A stretch of 64,000 bases of DNA from an uncultured Verrucomicrobiae bacterium. GTDB taxonomy: Bacteria > Verrucomicrobiota > Verrucomicrobiia > Chthoniobacterales > JAFAMB01. The notes beneath the pieces were generated by a model. The model saw only the letters and a list, made by a program, of their open reading frames with translations, was not told where the DNA came from and searched no databases. The stretch lies in the NCBI GenBank assembly GCA_963813025.1, contig CAWEXO010000015.1, forward strand, positions 99,849 through 163,848. The letters run 5' to 3'. Made by a program: the position numbers and the translations under genes. This document shows, one piece after another, positions 31,109 through 42,280 of this stretch. Every line of letters begins with the position of its first letter. Within the stretch, counting starts at the first letter, position 1.

Positions 31109-33040
31109 TTAAATCTCGTATTCTGCCCGCTCCGGCTGAATTCGCGGCAGCAGGTATTCCAGAACCCGGTTAGCGCTCTCCGCGACCTCCTCCAGCTCGG
31201 TGTGCACCCTGATCTCCGGGTTTTCCGGCTCCTCGTACGGAGCACTGACTCCGGTAAAATCCTCGATTTCTCCCGCGCGCGCTTTCTTGTAAAGCTGTTT
31301 CGGGTCCCGTTTTTCGCAGACCGCCAGAGGCGCAGCCACGTGCACCTCGACGAAATCAATGCCGCCGCTCAACACGATTTCGCGGGCTCGCCGGCGATCG
31401 ATGCGGTAAGGAGAAATGAAGGAAGTGATGACGACAAAGCCGGCGTCGGCGAGCAGCTTTGCGACTTCCGCGACTCGCCGGATATTTTCCACACGATCCT
31501 CGGGCGAGAAGCCGAGGTTGGCGTTCAGGCCATGGCGAATATTGTCGCCGTCTAGCACATAGACTTGCTTCTGTTGTCCAAACAACTCGCGTTCAAGCGC
31601 TCGCGCCAGGGTCGACTTGCCCGAACCGGACAAGCCGGTCAACCAGAGGACGGCACCGAGATGGTCATTGCGTTCCGTGCGCGCCTGTCGGCTGACGGTA
31701 CTTTCAGACCAGGAAAGATGCGAGCTGCGCACGGGGGTTCTGGCCAGGTATGTCCCATCGAAGACAATACCGCCGCCGCAGACGTCGCGCCCATCGACTA
31801 ACACGAAACGACCGCTCGGCGCGATTCGATCATAGTTGTCCATGACCAGCGGCGAGCGCGCCTGAATCGTCACCTCGGCGACTTCGTTCCGCAGCACGGA
31901 TCGATGGCTGCCACTGGACGATTCCAGCGTGCTTGCGTCAATTACCCGGTCGATGGACGTCAGCTGACACTCTACCTCCTGCGTCAAGAGTTTGACCCGG
32001 TAACGCCGGTTCAAAGTGAGGGGACGTTCACCCATCCAGAAGACTCTTGCTTTGAATCGATTTGTCTCAATCGGCGGCCGGTCCGCGTGCGAAGCAAAAT
32101 GGCCGCGCTCAACAAAAATCTGTTCTGCTAACGTCAGTCCGATCGATTCGCCGGTGACCGCTGAGGAGGCCGACGGAGAATTCCAGCGTTCGATCGACGA
32201 GATCACCGACTCTTTGTTGTTCGGCGCGAAGACGATGTGGTCGCCTACCTGCAGAGCGCCCGCTTCAACCCGGCCGGCAACGATCCTGCGCTGATCGAAA
32301 CGATAAACATCCTGGACAGCAAACCGGAGAGGCTGATCTGCCGGCAATTCCGGTCGAGGCAAGTTGTCGAGCGTCTGCAGCAGAGTCTCGCCCTCATACC
32401 AGGAAAGCTGTTTCGCCGGTTTCACCAGGTTCACACCTTCCATCGCCGAGACCGGGATAAAGGTCCGCGGACAGATTTTCAACTTCTCCAAAAACTCCCG
32501 ATACTGGCTCTCGATCTCTGCGAACACCTCTTGAGCGTAATCGACAGCGTCCATTTTGTTCACTAACACGATCACCTGACGAACGCCGAGCATGCTCAAG
32601 AGATAAGCGTGTCTTTTGCTCTGCTCCTGCACGCCTTCGTTGGCGGCAATCAACAACAATGCCGCGTCGGCTTTGGCCGCGCCCGTCACCATATTTTTAA
32701 GAAACTCCTTATGGCCAGGAGCATCGATGATCACGTAGGAACGAAGTGCTGACCGAAACCAAATATGGGCGACGTCAATCGTAATGTTCTGATCACGCTC
32801 AGCTTGCAGGGCGTCCAGGAGAAACGCCCATTCAAAGGGCATCCCTCGCCGGCGACAGACCGCTTGAATCTGCTCCAGCTTGCCGGAGGGCAGAGAGCCC
32901 GTCTCGTGCAGCAGACGACCGACCAGGGTCGATTTGCCGTGGTCAACGTGGCCGACAATGACCACGCGCAGCACATTGTTTTGTTCGGCGGAAGAGTGTA
33001 CCGGTCTTTCCAGGACTGCAGTTGAATATTTCAAACTCAA
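31109..33040 (-). CDS. cysNC: Bifunctional sulfate adenylyltransferase subunit 1 / adenylylsulfate kinase
   Basis: [14 protein letters not shown] and NKMD GTPase motifs; [10 protein letters not shown] and [10 protein letters not shown] kinase motifs. Confidence 0.95.
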   Translation of the reverse strand: MSLKYSTAVLERPVHSSAEQNNVLRVVIVGHVDHGKSTLVGRLLHETGSLPSGKLEQIQAVCRRRGMPFEWAFLLDALQAERDQNITIDVAHIWFRSALRSYVIIDAPGHKEFLKNMVTGAAKADAALLLIAANEGVQEQSKRHAYLLSMLGVRQVIVLVNKMDAVDYAQEVFAEIESQYREFLEKLKICPRTFIPVSAMEGVNLVKPAKQLSWYEGETLLQTLDNLPRPELPADQPLRFAVQDVYRFDQRRIVAGRVEAGALQVGDHIVFAPNNKESVISSIERWNSPSASSAVTGESIGLTLAEQIFVERGHFASHADRPPIETNRFKARVFWMGERPLTLNRRYRVKLLTQEVECQLTSIDRVIDASTLESSSGSHRSVLRNEVAEVTIQARSPLVMDNYDRIAPSGRFVLVDGRDVCGGGIVFDGTYLARTPVRSSHLSWSESTVSRQARTERNDHLGAVLWLTGLSGSGKSTLARALERELFGQQKQVYVLDGDNIRHGLNANLGFSPEDRVENIRRVAEVAKLLADAGFVVITSFISPYRIDRRRAREIVLSGGIDFVEVHVAAPLAVCEKRDPKQLYKKARAGEIEDFTGVSAPYEEPENPEIRVHTELEEVAESANRVLEYLLPRIQPERAEYEI

Positions 33041-33098
33041 ATAAGTTTTCGAAGGGCAAAGATACGATCAGCCCCAACGGCGAAAGCCGCGGGATGAC

Positions 33099-34010
33099 TT
33101 ACATGTATCCACTCGCCCTCAGCCGCTCAAAAGCGTCTTCCGATTCCTGGTCCTGAGCTCGCGTGCTTCGCTCCGAAACTCTGGTCTGACGCAACTCCGC
33201 AATGATCTCCGGCACAGAGCCGGCGCTGGACGGCACCGGTCGCGTACACGGAGCGCACCCCAGGCTACGGTACCGCAAGCCGTTTCGACTGAAATACAAA
33301 TCGACGATCGGGATCCCTTCTCGCTCGATGTATTCCCAGACGTTCAGCTCGGTCCAATGCAACAACGGATGAACTCTGAGATGGGTTCCTGGTTCAAAAT
33401 CGGTTTTAAACTGGTCCCACAACTCTGGCGGCTGGTCTTTGAAATTCCATTCAAAATTGTGATCGCGCGGTGAAAAATAGCGTTCTTTCGCCCGGGTGCC
33501 CTCCTCATCCCGACGGATTCCGACGATCACCGCCTCGTAGTTCTGCTTTTGAATAATCGCTTGCAACGCGTCTTTCTTGAGAAGAGCGCAGCATTCCACC
33601 CGGGTCACCTGTCCGTTGGGGAAAGTCCGGCCTTCCGTCAATACGCTTGTGTTTTGAGCGACGATTAGCTCGAGACCCCATTCTCGGGCGAGTCGGTCAC
33701 GAAAGGTAATCATCTCTGGGATCTTGTAACTGGTATCGACGTGCACGCAGGGGATCGGGATATGGCCAAAGAATGCCTTGCGCAATAGCCAGAGCAGCAC
33801 CGACGAATCTTTGCCGATGCTCCAGAGCATCCCCAGACGTTTGAATTTCCGATACGCCTCCCGAAGAATGTAGATACTCTGGTTTTCTAAAGTGGACAGG
33901 TGATCGCCCGGCGAGCTTTCATTCCCAGATTGGTCGTTCAGGGGCATGGCGAAGGTCTCGAATGCTTTTTCTCCGCTGCCCACTGACTCCATCACGAGTG
34001 CTTTCGACAT
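33099..34010 (-). CDS. cysD: Sulfate adenylyltransferase subunit 2
   Basis: [30 protein letters not shown]; start could be 33947. Confidence 0.95.
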   Translation of the reverse strand: MSKALVMESVGSGEKAFETFAMPLNDQSGNESSPGDHLSTLENQSIYILREAYRKFKRLGMLWSIGKDSSVLLWLLRKAFFGHIPIPCVHVDTSYKIPEMITFRDRLAREWGLELIVAQNTSVLTEGRTFPNGQVTRVECCALLKKDALQAIIQKQNYEAVIVGIRRDEEGTRAKERYFSPRDHNFEWNFKDQPPELWDQFKTDFEPGTHLRVHPLLHWTELNVWEYIEREGIPIVDLYFSRNGLRYRSLGCAPCTRPVPSSAGSVPEIIAELRQTRVSERSTRAQDQESEDAFERLRASGYM

Positions 34011-34013
34011 TTC

Positions 34014-34748
34014 TTAGATATTCTCTCCCAAAAAAGTGTGGATACCACATTCAGTTTTATCGAACCCCGTCCAACGCCCCGCCCGCTCGTTCTCTCCAGC
34101 GCTGACCGGTCGTGTGCATGGCTGGCATCCGATGCTCCGGAAACCCCGTTCGTAAAGGGGATTAAAAGGAATCTTGTGTGCTCGGATATATTGCCATACC
34201 TCATCGCGTGACCAACAAGCCAGTGGGTTGATTTTGAATACCCGGCGATCGCGCAACTTGTCATATTCATAGCGCTCGAGCACTTGGACCATCCGCCGGT
34301 CCGCCGATTGGTCGCGCCTCAGCCCGGTAATCCAGGCTTCCAACTGGCTCAGTTTTTTTTCCAGCGGCAGAACTTTGCGCAGCGTGCAACAAAGATCCGG
34401 GTTTCGTTCCCACAGGCGGGCCCCGAACTCGGCCTGCTGTTGCTCGATCGAAAGCTCCGGCGTGATCACCTCGATCTGTAATCCAAAAAAATTCTCCAGC
34501 CGATCTTTTAGTTCCATCGTTTCGGCAAATAAAACGCCTGTATCGATAGTAAAGACCGGAATGGGCAGGCCGGCCACGACGCAATGCTGCATGACGACCA
34601 GACCGGCCGCCTGAAAGCTGGTGCCGATAGCGGCACTGGATCCGAATTCGGACCAAACCCAACTCAGGACGGCTTCGGGTGAAGTGGACTCGAACCGTGC
34701 GTTTAGGGCGATCAACTCTTCGGCGGAGCCGTTGAGGACGTAGCGCAT
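34014..34748 (-). CDS. cysH: (P)APS reductase
   Basis: IDTG.LF, CCTLRK, SIGCQPCT, RAGRW, ECGIH. Confidence 0.95.
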   Translation of the reverse strand: MRYVLNGSAEELIALNARFESTSPEAVLSWVWSEFGSSAAIGTSFQAAGLVVMQHCVVAGLPIPVFTIDTGVLFAETMELKDRLENFFGLQIEVITPELSIEQQQAEFGARLWERNPDLCCTLRKVLPLEKKLSQLEAWITGLRRDQSADRRMVQVLERYEYDKLRDRRVFKINPLACWSRDEVWQYIRAHKIPFNPLYERGFRSIGCQPCTRPVSAGENERAGRWTGFDKTECGIHTFLGENI

Positions 34749-34923
34749 GGCTATTCTCTAGATCGTTATGGAGAAATAGCAAATTTCGCTCGCCCTTTTT
34801 TTGAAGCCGAGGACGCCGCTTGACTGCACAACGCTTTAGGTCAAACCAGCCGCCCAATAACGAAGAGCGGTGGTGCTGCGTAACAAGCTCTGGGTTTTTG
34901 CCCTGCCACCCTGATCCAGAGAG

Positions 34924-35107
34924 GCATGTCGGACTTTGGTGATCGGGAGGAAGAAGAAGCGCTCGGATCAAGGCGCTCCTTCAGAGCTGGACGCTCTTCT
35001 AACATTTCCCAGGGCTGCGCCCCAGGAAAGCGGATTTTAGAGGGCCCACTTTGAAAGAGCGCGACAACGACACGTAGCAATCACCCCAAGACTAAAGTCC
35101 GAAAGAC
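34924..35107. mobile_element. MITE with TGTCGGACTTT-type termini
   Basis: gcatgtcggactttgg ... ctaaagtccgaaagac; same terminal motif as at 23673, 57154 and 63882. Confidence 0.65.
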
Positions 35108-35122
35108 CCCAGAGGCCGCTTT

Positions 35123-37108
35123 TTACAGACTTCGGGCGACCTCGACGACATGCTCGGCCGTAATCCCAAGCTCTTTCATGACTTTGCTCCCGGGGGCACT
35201 CAGCCCGAAACGGTCGATCCCGATCGCCCGGCCATCCAATCCAACGTATTTGTACCAGATCGGGGTGGCACCCGCCTCAATCGAAATCCGTTTCCGGCAG
35301 CTGGGTGGCAAAACTTCGTTGCGATAACTTTCCGGCTGGCGATCGAAACGCTCGAAGCAGGGCAGAGACACTACTCGAACCCCTTCTCCAAGTTGTTTCG
35401 CTGCCGCAACGGCGTGCTGCACTTCACTTCCCGCGCTCAGGATAATCAACTCCAGCTTGCCCGTCTCCTTCCAGAGAATATAGCCGCCTTTGAGAACGCC
35501 TTCGCGCCGCTGCTCGACCGTTGCATCTGTTAGAAATGGGACTTCCTGACGGGTGAGCGCCAACAGCGTAGGACCATCAATACGTTGCATAGCCGCGGTG
35601 AAAGCCGCCGCTGTTTCCTCCGGATCGGCCGGCCGAATCACATCTATGTTCGGCATTACCCGAAAGCTGCTCGCCGTTTCGACAGGCTCATGAGTGGGAC
35701 CATCCTCACCCACACCCACGGAGTCATGCGTAAAGATGTAGGTGACCGGAAGCTTGGCCAGAGCAGCCAGGCGTATCGGCGGCCGGCAATAATCGGCAAA
35801 TACCAGAAAAGTCGCTCCAGATGGCCGGAAAACTCCGTAGTAGGCAATGCCGTTCAGAATCGAACACATCCCGTGCTCGCGAATCCCGAACCGGATGTTG
35901 CGTCCCCCGCGGTTCTCGACGTTAAAATCCTTATCACTCTGGATGTAATTGAGAGTTGACCCATGCAGATCGGCGCTGCCGCTGATCAAAAGAGGCATGG
36001 CTTCAGCCACCGCTTGCAATACTACGTTGCCCGCTTTGCGAGTCGCCATCTTTTTCTCTGGATCGAATCGCGGAATACGCTCAAGCAGGTCCTTCAGCAC
36101 GAAGCGGTCGAGACCTTCCTCGAGCAAGCCGCCCAAATCCGGGTGCGCCTTTTTCCACGCGCGAAATTCATCTTGCCACTTCAGATAGTCCTGCTTCTGG
36201 CTTTCCTTCCGCCCCGCGAAAAATTGGCGAACTTCTTCCGAGACATAGAAGCGTTCATCGGGCAGCCCGAGCGCCTTGCGGTCCTGATCGACAAATTTAG
36301 CTCCGGCCTCTCCGTGCGCCTTATTAGTGCCCGCAACCTCAGGGATACCCTTCCCAATTAAGGTGTGACAAATGATGAATTGGGGTTTGCCACTCTTGGC
36401 CGAGCGCGCCTTCTCGAAAGCGGCGAGAAATTCCTCCATATTCTGTCCATCCACGGTCTGCACGTCGAAACCGTAGGCGCGGTAGCGCTCGCCCGTGTCC
36501 TCACTCTGGGTCATCTTTGCCATGGCGTCGAGCGTGACGGCATTGGAGTCGTAAAGCAGGATCAGATTATCAAGATGAAAATGACCGGCGAAGGCCGACG
36601 CCTCCGACGAAATGCCCTCCTGCATGCAGCCATCTCCGGCCAGACAAACAATTTTATGATCAAAAATCCGGTGGTCGGCTGTGTTGAATCTTGCTTCCAG
36701 CATCTTCGCCGCAACCGCCATTCCTACCGCATTCCCGACTCCCTGACCAAGCGGACCCGTCGTCGCCTCGACTCCGGGTGTTTCACCGAATTCGGGGTGA
36801 CCCGGTGTGCGACTGTGCAGTTGCCGAAAGTTTTTGATGTCGTCAATCGAGATAGCGTAGCCCGCCAGATGCAGCCACCCGTAGAGAAACATGCTGCCAT
36901 GGCCCGCCGAAAGCACAAAGCGGTCGCGGTTTAGCCAGTGAGGATCATCGGGAAAGAAACGAAGCGCATGTCCAAAAAGGACCGCGCCAATTTCAGTCGC
37001 ACCCAGAGGGAGCCCGAGATGCCCGGAATTTGCGGCCTTAACCGCATCCATCGCCAGGCCGCGCGCATCGGTCGCGGCCTTCGCCAAAATTTCAGTGTTC
37101 AATGCCAT
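35123..37108 (-). CDS. tkt: Transketolase
   Basis: [39 protein letters not shown]. Confidence 0.97.
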   Translation of the reverse strand: MALNTEILAKAATDARGLAMDAVKAANSGHLGLPLGATEIGAVLFGHALRFFPDDPHWLNRDRFVLSAGHGSMFLYGWLHLAGYAISIDDIKNFRQLHSRTPGHPEFGETPGVEATTGPLGQGVGNAVGMAVAAKMLEARFNTADHRIFDHKIVCLAGDGCMQEGISSEASAFAGHFHLDNLILLYDSNAVTLDAMAKMTQSEDTGERYRAYGFDVQTVDGQNMEEFLAAFEKARSAKSGKPQFIICHTLIGKGIPEVAGTNKAHGEAGAKFVDQDRKALGLPDERFYVSEEVRQFFAGRKESQKQDYLKWQDEFRAWKKAHPDLGGLLEEGLDRFVLKDLLERIPRFDPEKKMATRKAGNVVLQAVAEAMPLLISGSADLHGSTLNYIQSDKDFNVENRGGRNIRFGIREHGMCSILNGIAYYGVFRPSGATFLVFADYCRPPIRLAALAKLPVTYIFTHDSVGVGEDGPTHEPVETASSFRVMPNIDVIRPADPEETAAAFTAAMQRIDGPTLLALTRQEVPFLTDATVEQRREGVLKGGYILWKETGKLELIILSAGSEVQHAVAAAKQLGEGVRVVSLPCFERFDRQPESYRNEVLPPSCRKRISIEAGATPIWYKYVGLDGRAIGIDRFGLSAPGSKVMKELGITAEHVVEVARSL

Positions 37109-37142
37109 AAAATCTCCGACAGTTCATAATCATTCTACGCAC

Positions 37143-37457
37143 AAGTGCGTCGTCTCATATATAACGATGATGTCGCCGCAGGTCAGTTGGCTGTTTTTCA
37201 AGGCGCGGTCCGAGCCGGACTGGCAGTAGAAGCGTCCATATCTGGATTCATACGGATCGAACGAGCAACGCCGAAAAACAGCCAACTGGCCGCGGCCCAC
37301 AGGGTTGCGTTGAAAAATGGGCCGGCGGCGGCGTTGCTCCTCGGTCACGTATCGCTTCAGATATGCTTCCTCCTACTGCCAGTCCGGCTCGGACCGCCTT
37401 GCCGGCGGCCCATTTTGAACGCAACGACATCATCGCTATATATGAGACGGCGCACTA
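37143..37457. mobile_element. MITE, second copy of the 30826 family
   Basis: ~32-bp TIR agtgcgtcgtctcatatataacgatgatgtcg / cgacatcatcgctatatatgagacggcgcact. Confidence 0.85.
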
Positions 37458-37558
37458 GCTCGCAACCGACGATCAACGCAATACGCGACTTGGCCAGAAG
37501 ATTTTGCTGGCCACGAGCGATTGCTCAGGGTACATATCTCGCCCTTTTTTGATGCGCA

Positions 37559-38437
37559 ATGACTGACCGAAGACTTTGCATTGGCTTGCCTTCCGGCAGC
37601 TTGCAGGAAGCAACCCTCGATTTGTTTGACAAGGCCGGCTACAAAATCACTGGCGCTAAACGATCTTATAAACCGGCGGTTGACGATCCAGAGCTGGATA
37701 TTCGCCTTTTACGAGCCCAGGAAATCAGCCGCTATGTCGAGCACGGTTTCCTCGATTGCGGGATCACCGGCAAAGATTGGGTGGAAGAAAACGACTCGGA
37801 CGTCGAGGTGCTCGCGAAGCTGGAATACAGCAAGGCGACGGCTAGCCCGACCCGCTGGGTGTTGGTGGTCCCGCGCGACTCCGCTTTTCGGCGAGTAGAA
37901 GATCTGGAAGGGAAGCGGATCGCCACCGAAGCGGTCGCCCTGACTACCCGTTTTTTTAAGGAGCGAGGCGTAAACGCCCATGTCGAATTCAGCTGGGGAG
38001 CAACCGAGGTAAAGGTACCTGAGTTGGTCGATGCGATTGTCGAAATCACGGAGACCGGCAGTTCCCTGAGAGCGAACAATTTGCGGCCGATCGAGGTCAT
38101 TACCGAGTCTTTTCCGCTGGTTATCGGGAACCGCCAAGCGATGGCGGACGAGTGGAAACGCAGCAAACTGGAGCGCCTTGTTCTTCTGCTACAAGGCGCC
38201 CTGAATGCCCGCAATAAAGTCGGGCTCAAGATGAACCTGGACGAAACCAAGCTGGCTGGCTTACTGAACCGGCTTCCCTCCCTCAGAAATCCGACCATCT
38301 CCCCGCTCGCTCAAAAAGGGTGGGTTGCGATCGAAACGATTATCGACGAGAAGATCGTCCGCGAGATTCTGCCGGAGCTCAAAGCGCTGGGAGCGGAAGG
38401 CATCATCGAGTATCCATTGAATAAAGTAGTTTATTAA
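37559..38437 (+). CDS. hisG: ATP phosphoribosyltransferase (long form)
   Basis: [32 protein letters not shown]-terminal regulatory domain. Confidence 0.95.
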   Translation: MTDRRLCIGLPSGSLQEATLDLFDKAGYKITGAKRSYKPAVDDPELDIRLLRAQEISRYVEHGFLDCGITGKDWVEENDSDVEVLAKLEYSKATASPTRWVLVVPRDSAFRRVEDLEGKRIATEAVALTTRFFKERGVNAHVEFSWGATEVKVPELVDAIVEITETGSSLRANNLRPIEVITESFPLVIGNRQAMADEWKRSKLERLVLLLQGALNARNKVGLKMNLDETKLAGLLNRLPSLRNPTISPLAQKGWVAIETIIDEKIVREILPELKALGAEGIIEYPLNKVVY

Positions 38438-38503
38438 CTATCGATTCGACTCCCGGCGACGGGTCCGGGCAAATCCTCACCCGCCAAATGCCAGAACGTA
38501 AAT

Positions 38504-38608
38504 ATGGGTTCACTGAAAAAAAGACGAAAAGCGAAAATTGCCAAACACAAGCGCCGGAAACGGATGAAGGAAAACCGGCACAAGAAGCGCTTGCGTTACA
38601 AGTCTTGA
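38504..38608 (+). CDS. AURKAIP1/COX24-domain small basic protein (bS22/mS38-like)
   Basis: MGSLKKRRKAKIAKHKRRKRMKENRHKKRLRYKS; below the ORF-track length cutoff. Confidence 0.85.
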   Translation: MGSLKKRRKAKIAKHKRRKRMKENRHKKRLRYKS

Positions 38609-38640
38609 CGGATCTGGCCAGAGTCCCACAACCGCCCCTC

Positions 38641-38691
38641 AGTAATCGGTAATCGGTAATCGGTCATTGATCATCGTTCATCGGTCATCGG
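38641..38691 (+). repeat. Heptamer tandem array (GTAATCG/GTCATCG)
   Basis: agtaatcggtaatcggtaatcggtcattgatcatcgttcatcggtcatcgg. Confidence 0.8.
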
Positions 38692-38739
38692 AAGTGCTGC
38701 GCCTGACTTGCGAGCCCCAGCACTCCCCATTAAGTTGAG

Positions 38740-40560
38740 TTGATGACGACTCGCGGGGCGGGACGATGCCGAGTAACCTCTCGCCTTTGGCGATGGTGGA
38801 TCTGGGCATTTTATGTCTCAGGCCTCGTCGCTGCTAGCGTCACCGCGGCACCCAGTCCGGCCGCTTCGAGCTCGCCCAAGAATGCGAAGACTGAGCTCCG
38901 CTACCTTAGCGCGGACCAATTGTTGGACGCTGACACTCATCCGGGTACCCCGGACCAGGCGCTATCCAAACTGGGGGAAGCGAAAGCGGAAGCCGAAGCG
39001 GATTATATCCGGGGAACGATCCTTGAGGATCAAGGAGACGACGGGGGTTCGCTAGATGCGTACACCAAGTGCTTGCAGCTGGACCCGGGCGGGAATCCCG
39101 CTCTGGCGCTGCGAGTCGCTGACGAATATGCCAAGCGCGACGACGTCGCCAGCGGGATTTCCATCCTCAAGGATCTGGCCAAGGCCAGACCGCAGGAGCC
39201 GGCCGCTTTTCTCAACCTGGCCTACTTCTATCTGCATCAACTCAATAAGCCCGACCTGGCGATTCGCTACGCCGAACAGGCGGTCAAAGCGGCCCCGGAG
39301 AATTTCGGTGGGTACCAGACTCTTTTTGAAATCTACGAAATGCAGAAACGCAAGCCGGAGGCCGAACAGATCTTGCAGCAGGCCAATGAGGTCGCGACCA
39401 AGGATCCAAACTATTGGCTGAATCTGGCTGGCCTTTTCGCTAAGCTCTACGGATCCAGGGCGGGTGAGTTCCCAGCGAACCGCGCGAGCGCGGTCGAAAC
39501 ACCGCTCCGAAAAGCAGTTGTACTAGCGGGTAATGACGGCAGCATTTACTCGCGGGCGGCGGATACCTTTGTCCAGATCAACGAATTCGCCGAGGCAATC
39601 CCCCTCTATCTCAAGTCCCTGGATCTCAATAAGGCGGGCGCCGACGATCGGTATAAGCTAGCGCAAAGCTTTCTGAAAGCTGGACGGCGCGACGACGCGA
39701 TCCGGACCCTTGAAGAAACGCTGAAAGTCAGCCCGCTCCGATTTGAGGTTTACGAATTTCTGGCCCGGCTTTACGAGGACAGCGGAAACGCTGAGCGCGC
39801 TTTATCGAACTATCAGCAAGCGCTGCTGCTGGCTCCGAATCAGCCAGAGAACTATTTGCATACCGCAGAGGCGCAGCTGCAGCTCAAAAGGTACGACGAC
39901 GCGATTCGGACCTTGGAGGACGCTCGGCGGCGTTTCCCGATCCCGCAGATCACCTACAGCCTGGCGATTGCGCTGAGTTCCGCCAAGCGGCACAACGAGG
40001 CGCTGCCGATCTATGAATCGGCTTTGCAGGAAGCGAAGTCTAACGAGGAAGACTTGCTGGACGGCAGCTTTTACTTCAACTACGCGGTCTCTGCGGAACA
40101 GGCCGGGTTCATCGATAAGGCGGCTGGGTTGTTGAAAGAATCAATCGAACAGGACCCAAGCAAGGCCGCGCAGGCGTACAATTATCTCGGATTTATGTGG
40201 GTTGACCGAAACATGAATCTCGACGAGGCCGGCTCGATGATCCGGCGAGCCCTTGAGTTGGAGCCGGATAACGGTGCCTTTCTCGACAGCCTCGGCTGGT
40301 TCTACTATCGCAAAGCGGAGTTCGGCAAGGCGCTTACCGAGTTGCTGCACGCCGTCGCGGTATTGAAGCCGGCCGACCCCGTTGTTTTTGAACACCTGGG
40401 AGATACTTACCGCGCCTTGGGTAATTCCACGCAGGCGCTCATCTATTGGCAGAAGGCGGCTAAACTCGATCCGCACAATCAGGAATTACTGACCAAGATT
40501 GACCAATCGAAGGCGCGGCTGACCGCCATGCCGGCGCCTTCGCCGACGCCGAACAAGTGA
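38740..40560 (+). CDS. Secreted tetratricopeptide repeat protein
   Basis: Multiple TPRs; YNYLGFMW...RALELEPDNGAFLDSLGW C-terminal motif. Confidence 0.88.
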   Translation: MMTTRGAGRCRVTSRLWRWWIWAFYVSGLVAASVTAAPSPAASSSPKNAKTELRYLSADQLLDADTHPGTPDQALSKLGEAKAEAEADYIRGTILEDQGDDGGSLDAYTKCLQLDPGGNPALALRVADEYAKRDDVASGISILKDLAKARPQEPAAFLNLAYFYLHQLNKPDLAIRYAEQAVKAAPENFGGYQTLFEIYEMQKRKPEAEQILQQANEVATKDPNYWLNLAGLFAKLYGSRAGEFPANRASAVETPLRKAVVLAGNDGSIYSRAADTFVQINEFAEAIPLYLKSLDLNKAGADDRYKLAQSFLKAGRRDDAIRTLEETLKVSPLRFEVYEFLARLYEDSGNAERALSNYQQALLLAPNQPENYLHTAEAQLQLKRYDDAIRTLEDARRRFPIPQITYSLAIALSSAKRHNEALPIYESALQEAKSNEEDLLDGSFYFNYAVSAEQAGFIDKAAGLLKESIEQDPSKAAQAYNYLGFMWVDRNMNLDEAGSMIRRALELEPDNGAFLDSLGWFYYRKAEFGKALTELLHAVAVLKPADPVVFEHLGDTYRALGNSTQALIYWQKAAKLDPHNQELLTKIDQSKARLTAMPAPSPTPNK

Positions 40561-40976
40561 GTTGCGGGTCCCGGGTCCCGAGTAGCGAGTCCCGGGTCCC
40601 GAGCAAAGCCCCAAGTGGCGAATCCTCGCGTGGCGAGGCGAAGATCCTTGATCCCGCGCTCGAAACCTTCGGCAAAATTGGACAAAACGGAGATCGATGC
40701 TCACCTCATCTGGCGGACAGCATCCACATCCGTTGCAATCCGAGTCTTGAGGACAAGTGTCCCAAACAGCCTCGACTTTTTGAAGGCCTCGAAATCTGAG
40801 AACCCGTTAATAGTTGCCATATTCGCCATGTTTGCTGTTTCGGTATGATAACGCAATATCACTGAGTTACTATATTGCGCGCATTTGGTGGCTGACGATC
40901 GTTACGCGCTACTCGGGACGCGCTACTCGGGACGCGCTACTCGGGACGCGCTACTCGGGACGCGCTACCCGCAACT
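40560..40976. repeat. Inward-facing 7/14-mer arrays with terminal AGTTGCGGGT flanking a four-helix-bundle remnant
   Basis: Left agttgcgggtcccgggtcccgagtagcgagtcccg; right (acgcgctactcggg)4 acgcgctacccgcaact. Confidence 0.88.
40640..40820 (-). pseudogene. Four helix bundle protein remnant
   Basis: MATINGFSDFEAFKKSRLF...RQMR*ASISVLSNFAEGFERG; internal stop, truncated. Confidence 0.8.
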
Positions 40977-40978
40977 AG

Positions 40979-42280
40979 CTACGCCGGTTGGAGACTGCGA
41001 TTGGAGCGCGCCAGATAAGGTTCAACTCGAGCGAATACTTTCGGTGAAACGGTTGCGACCACATTCACGCGGTCATCTTGATAGTTGATCCGCAATACTC
41101 GGCCGGCGCGATGGAGCAGGGAAAGCAAATCGCTTCTTTCCAGCGGCAGCGCGAGTTCGACTCTCGTCAACCGGTCAGACAACATATCAGCGAGTCGATG
41201 GAGCAGGTCGTCTAAACCTTGGCCGGTTTCCACCGAAACGAAAAGCGCGTCCGGGAAATGCAGGCGCAATCCGTGGATCGCCGCTTCCGAAGATTGGACA
41301 TCGATTTTGTTGAACACTGTAATGATTCGTTTCTGGTCGGCGCCCAACTCCGCGAGAACCCGCATGGTGGTCGCTTGAAAATCGTAGACATGTGGATGAC
41401 TCGCGTCGACCACGTGCACGAGAAAATCCGCGAGCACCGCTTCCTCCAGAGTGGCCTTGAAAGCCTCGACCAGACGATGAGGTAGATTGCGCACAAAGCC
41501 GACTGTGTCGGTCAAAAGCAGATCCTGGCCGGAAGGCAGGGCAACTTTGCGGGTTGTGGGATCCAGCGTCGCAAACGGTTTGTTTTCGACGAGGACTTTT
41601 GCACCGGTTAAACGTCGCAGAAGTGATGACTTCCCGGCATTAGTGTATCCGACAATGGCCGCATGCGGCAGAGGCAGCCGCTCCCGCTGTTTACGCTGGG
41701 TCGCTCTGCGCGAGCGCACGCGTTCCAGCTCCAGCTTCACGCGATCGATCTGCCGCCGTACCAGCCTTCGATCCGTCTCCAGCTGCGTCTCGCCCTCTCC
41801 CTTTGCGCCAAAGCCGCCACCCTGCCGGCTTAAGTGTCCCCAGGCCCGCGTCAAACGAGAAAGCGAATATTCCAAACGGGCCAAATCCACTTGCAAACGG
41901 GCCTCACGCGTCCGAGCGCGCTGCGCGAAGATATCCAGGATCACCTCTTGCCGATCGATGACTGGCAGACTGGATTTCGCCTCCCAATTTCGTTGTTGCC
42001 CAGGCGAGAGATCGTTGTCGAATACGATCAGTTGCGCGCCGCCCGCCCAGGCGCGCTCACAGATTTCTTCCGCTTTCCCCAGCCCAACAAACAGACGCGG
42101 TGAAGGCTCATTAATCCGAACACAGAGCCTGTCTGTTACAGAAATTCCGAGCGTTTCGACCAATACCCCGAGTTCTTCTAAGAGATTTGTCGCGTCGTTG
42201 CGACCGCCCGGCTCACGGTAGACTCCAACAATGACCGCTTTTTTGATCGTTGTAGCTTGCTCAGTATCTTCAGCCATCAA
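40979..42280 (-). CDS. hflX: GTPase HflX
   Basis: GEGETQLETDRR, VGYTNAGKS, FATLDPT, DTVGF, NKID. Confidence 0.96.
   Translation of the reverse strand: MMAEDTEQATTIKKAVIVGVYREPGGRNDATNLLEELGVLVETLGISVTDRLCVRINEPSPRLFVGLGKAEEICERAWAGGAQLIVFDNDLSPGQQRNWEAKSSLPVIDRQEVILDIFAQRARTREARLQVDLARLEYSLSRLTRAWGHLSRQGGGFGAKGEGETQLETDRRLVRRQIDRVKLELERVRSRRATQRKQRERLPLPHAAIVGYTNAGKSSLLRRLTGAKVLVENKPFATLDPTTRKVALPSGQDLLLTDTVGFVRNLPHRLVEAFKATLEEAVLADFLVHVVDASHPHVYDFQATTMRVLAELGADQKRIITVFNKIDVQSSEAAIHGLRLHFPDALFVSVETGQGLDDLLHRLADMLSDRLTRVELALPLERSDLLSLLHRAGRVLRINYQDDRVNVVATVSPKVFARVEPYLARSNRSLQPA

Noticed and set aside
30714..31112. ORFs across the MITEs (also 37145-37552 and 57434-58003)
   Set aside because: They translate non-coding repeat DNA and have no protein-like motifs
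40904..40976. CRISPR array
   Set aside because: The 14-bp units are directly adjacent with no unique spacers, and no cas genes are in the window
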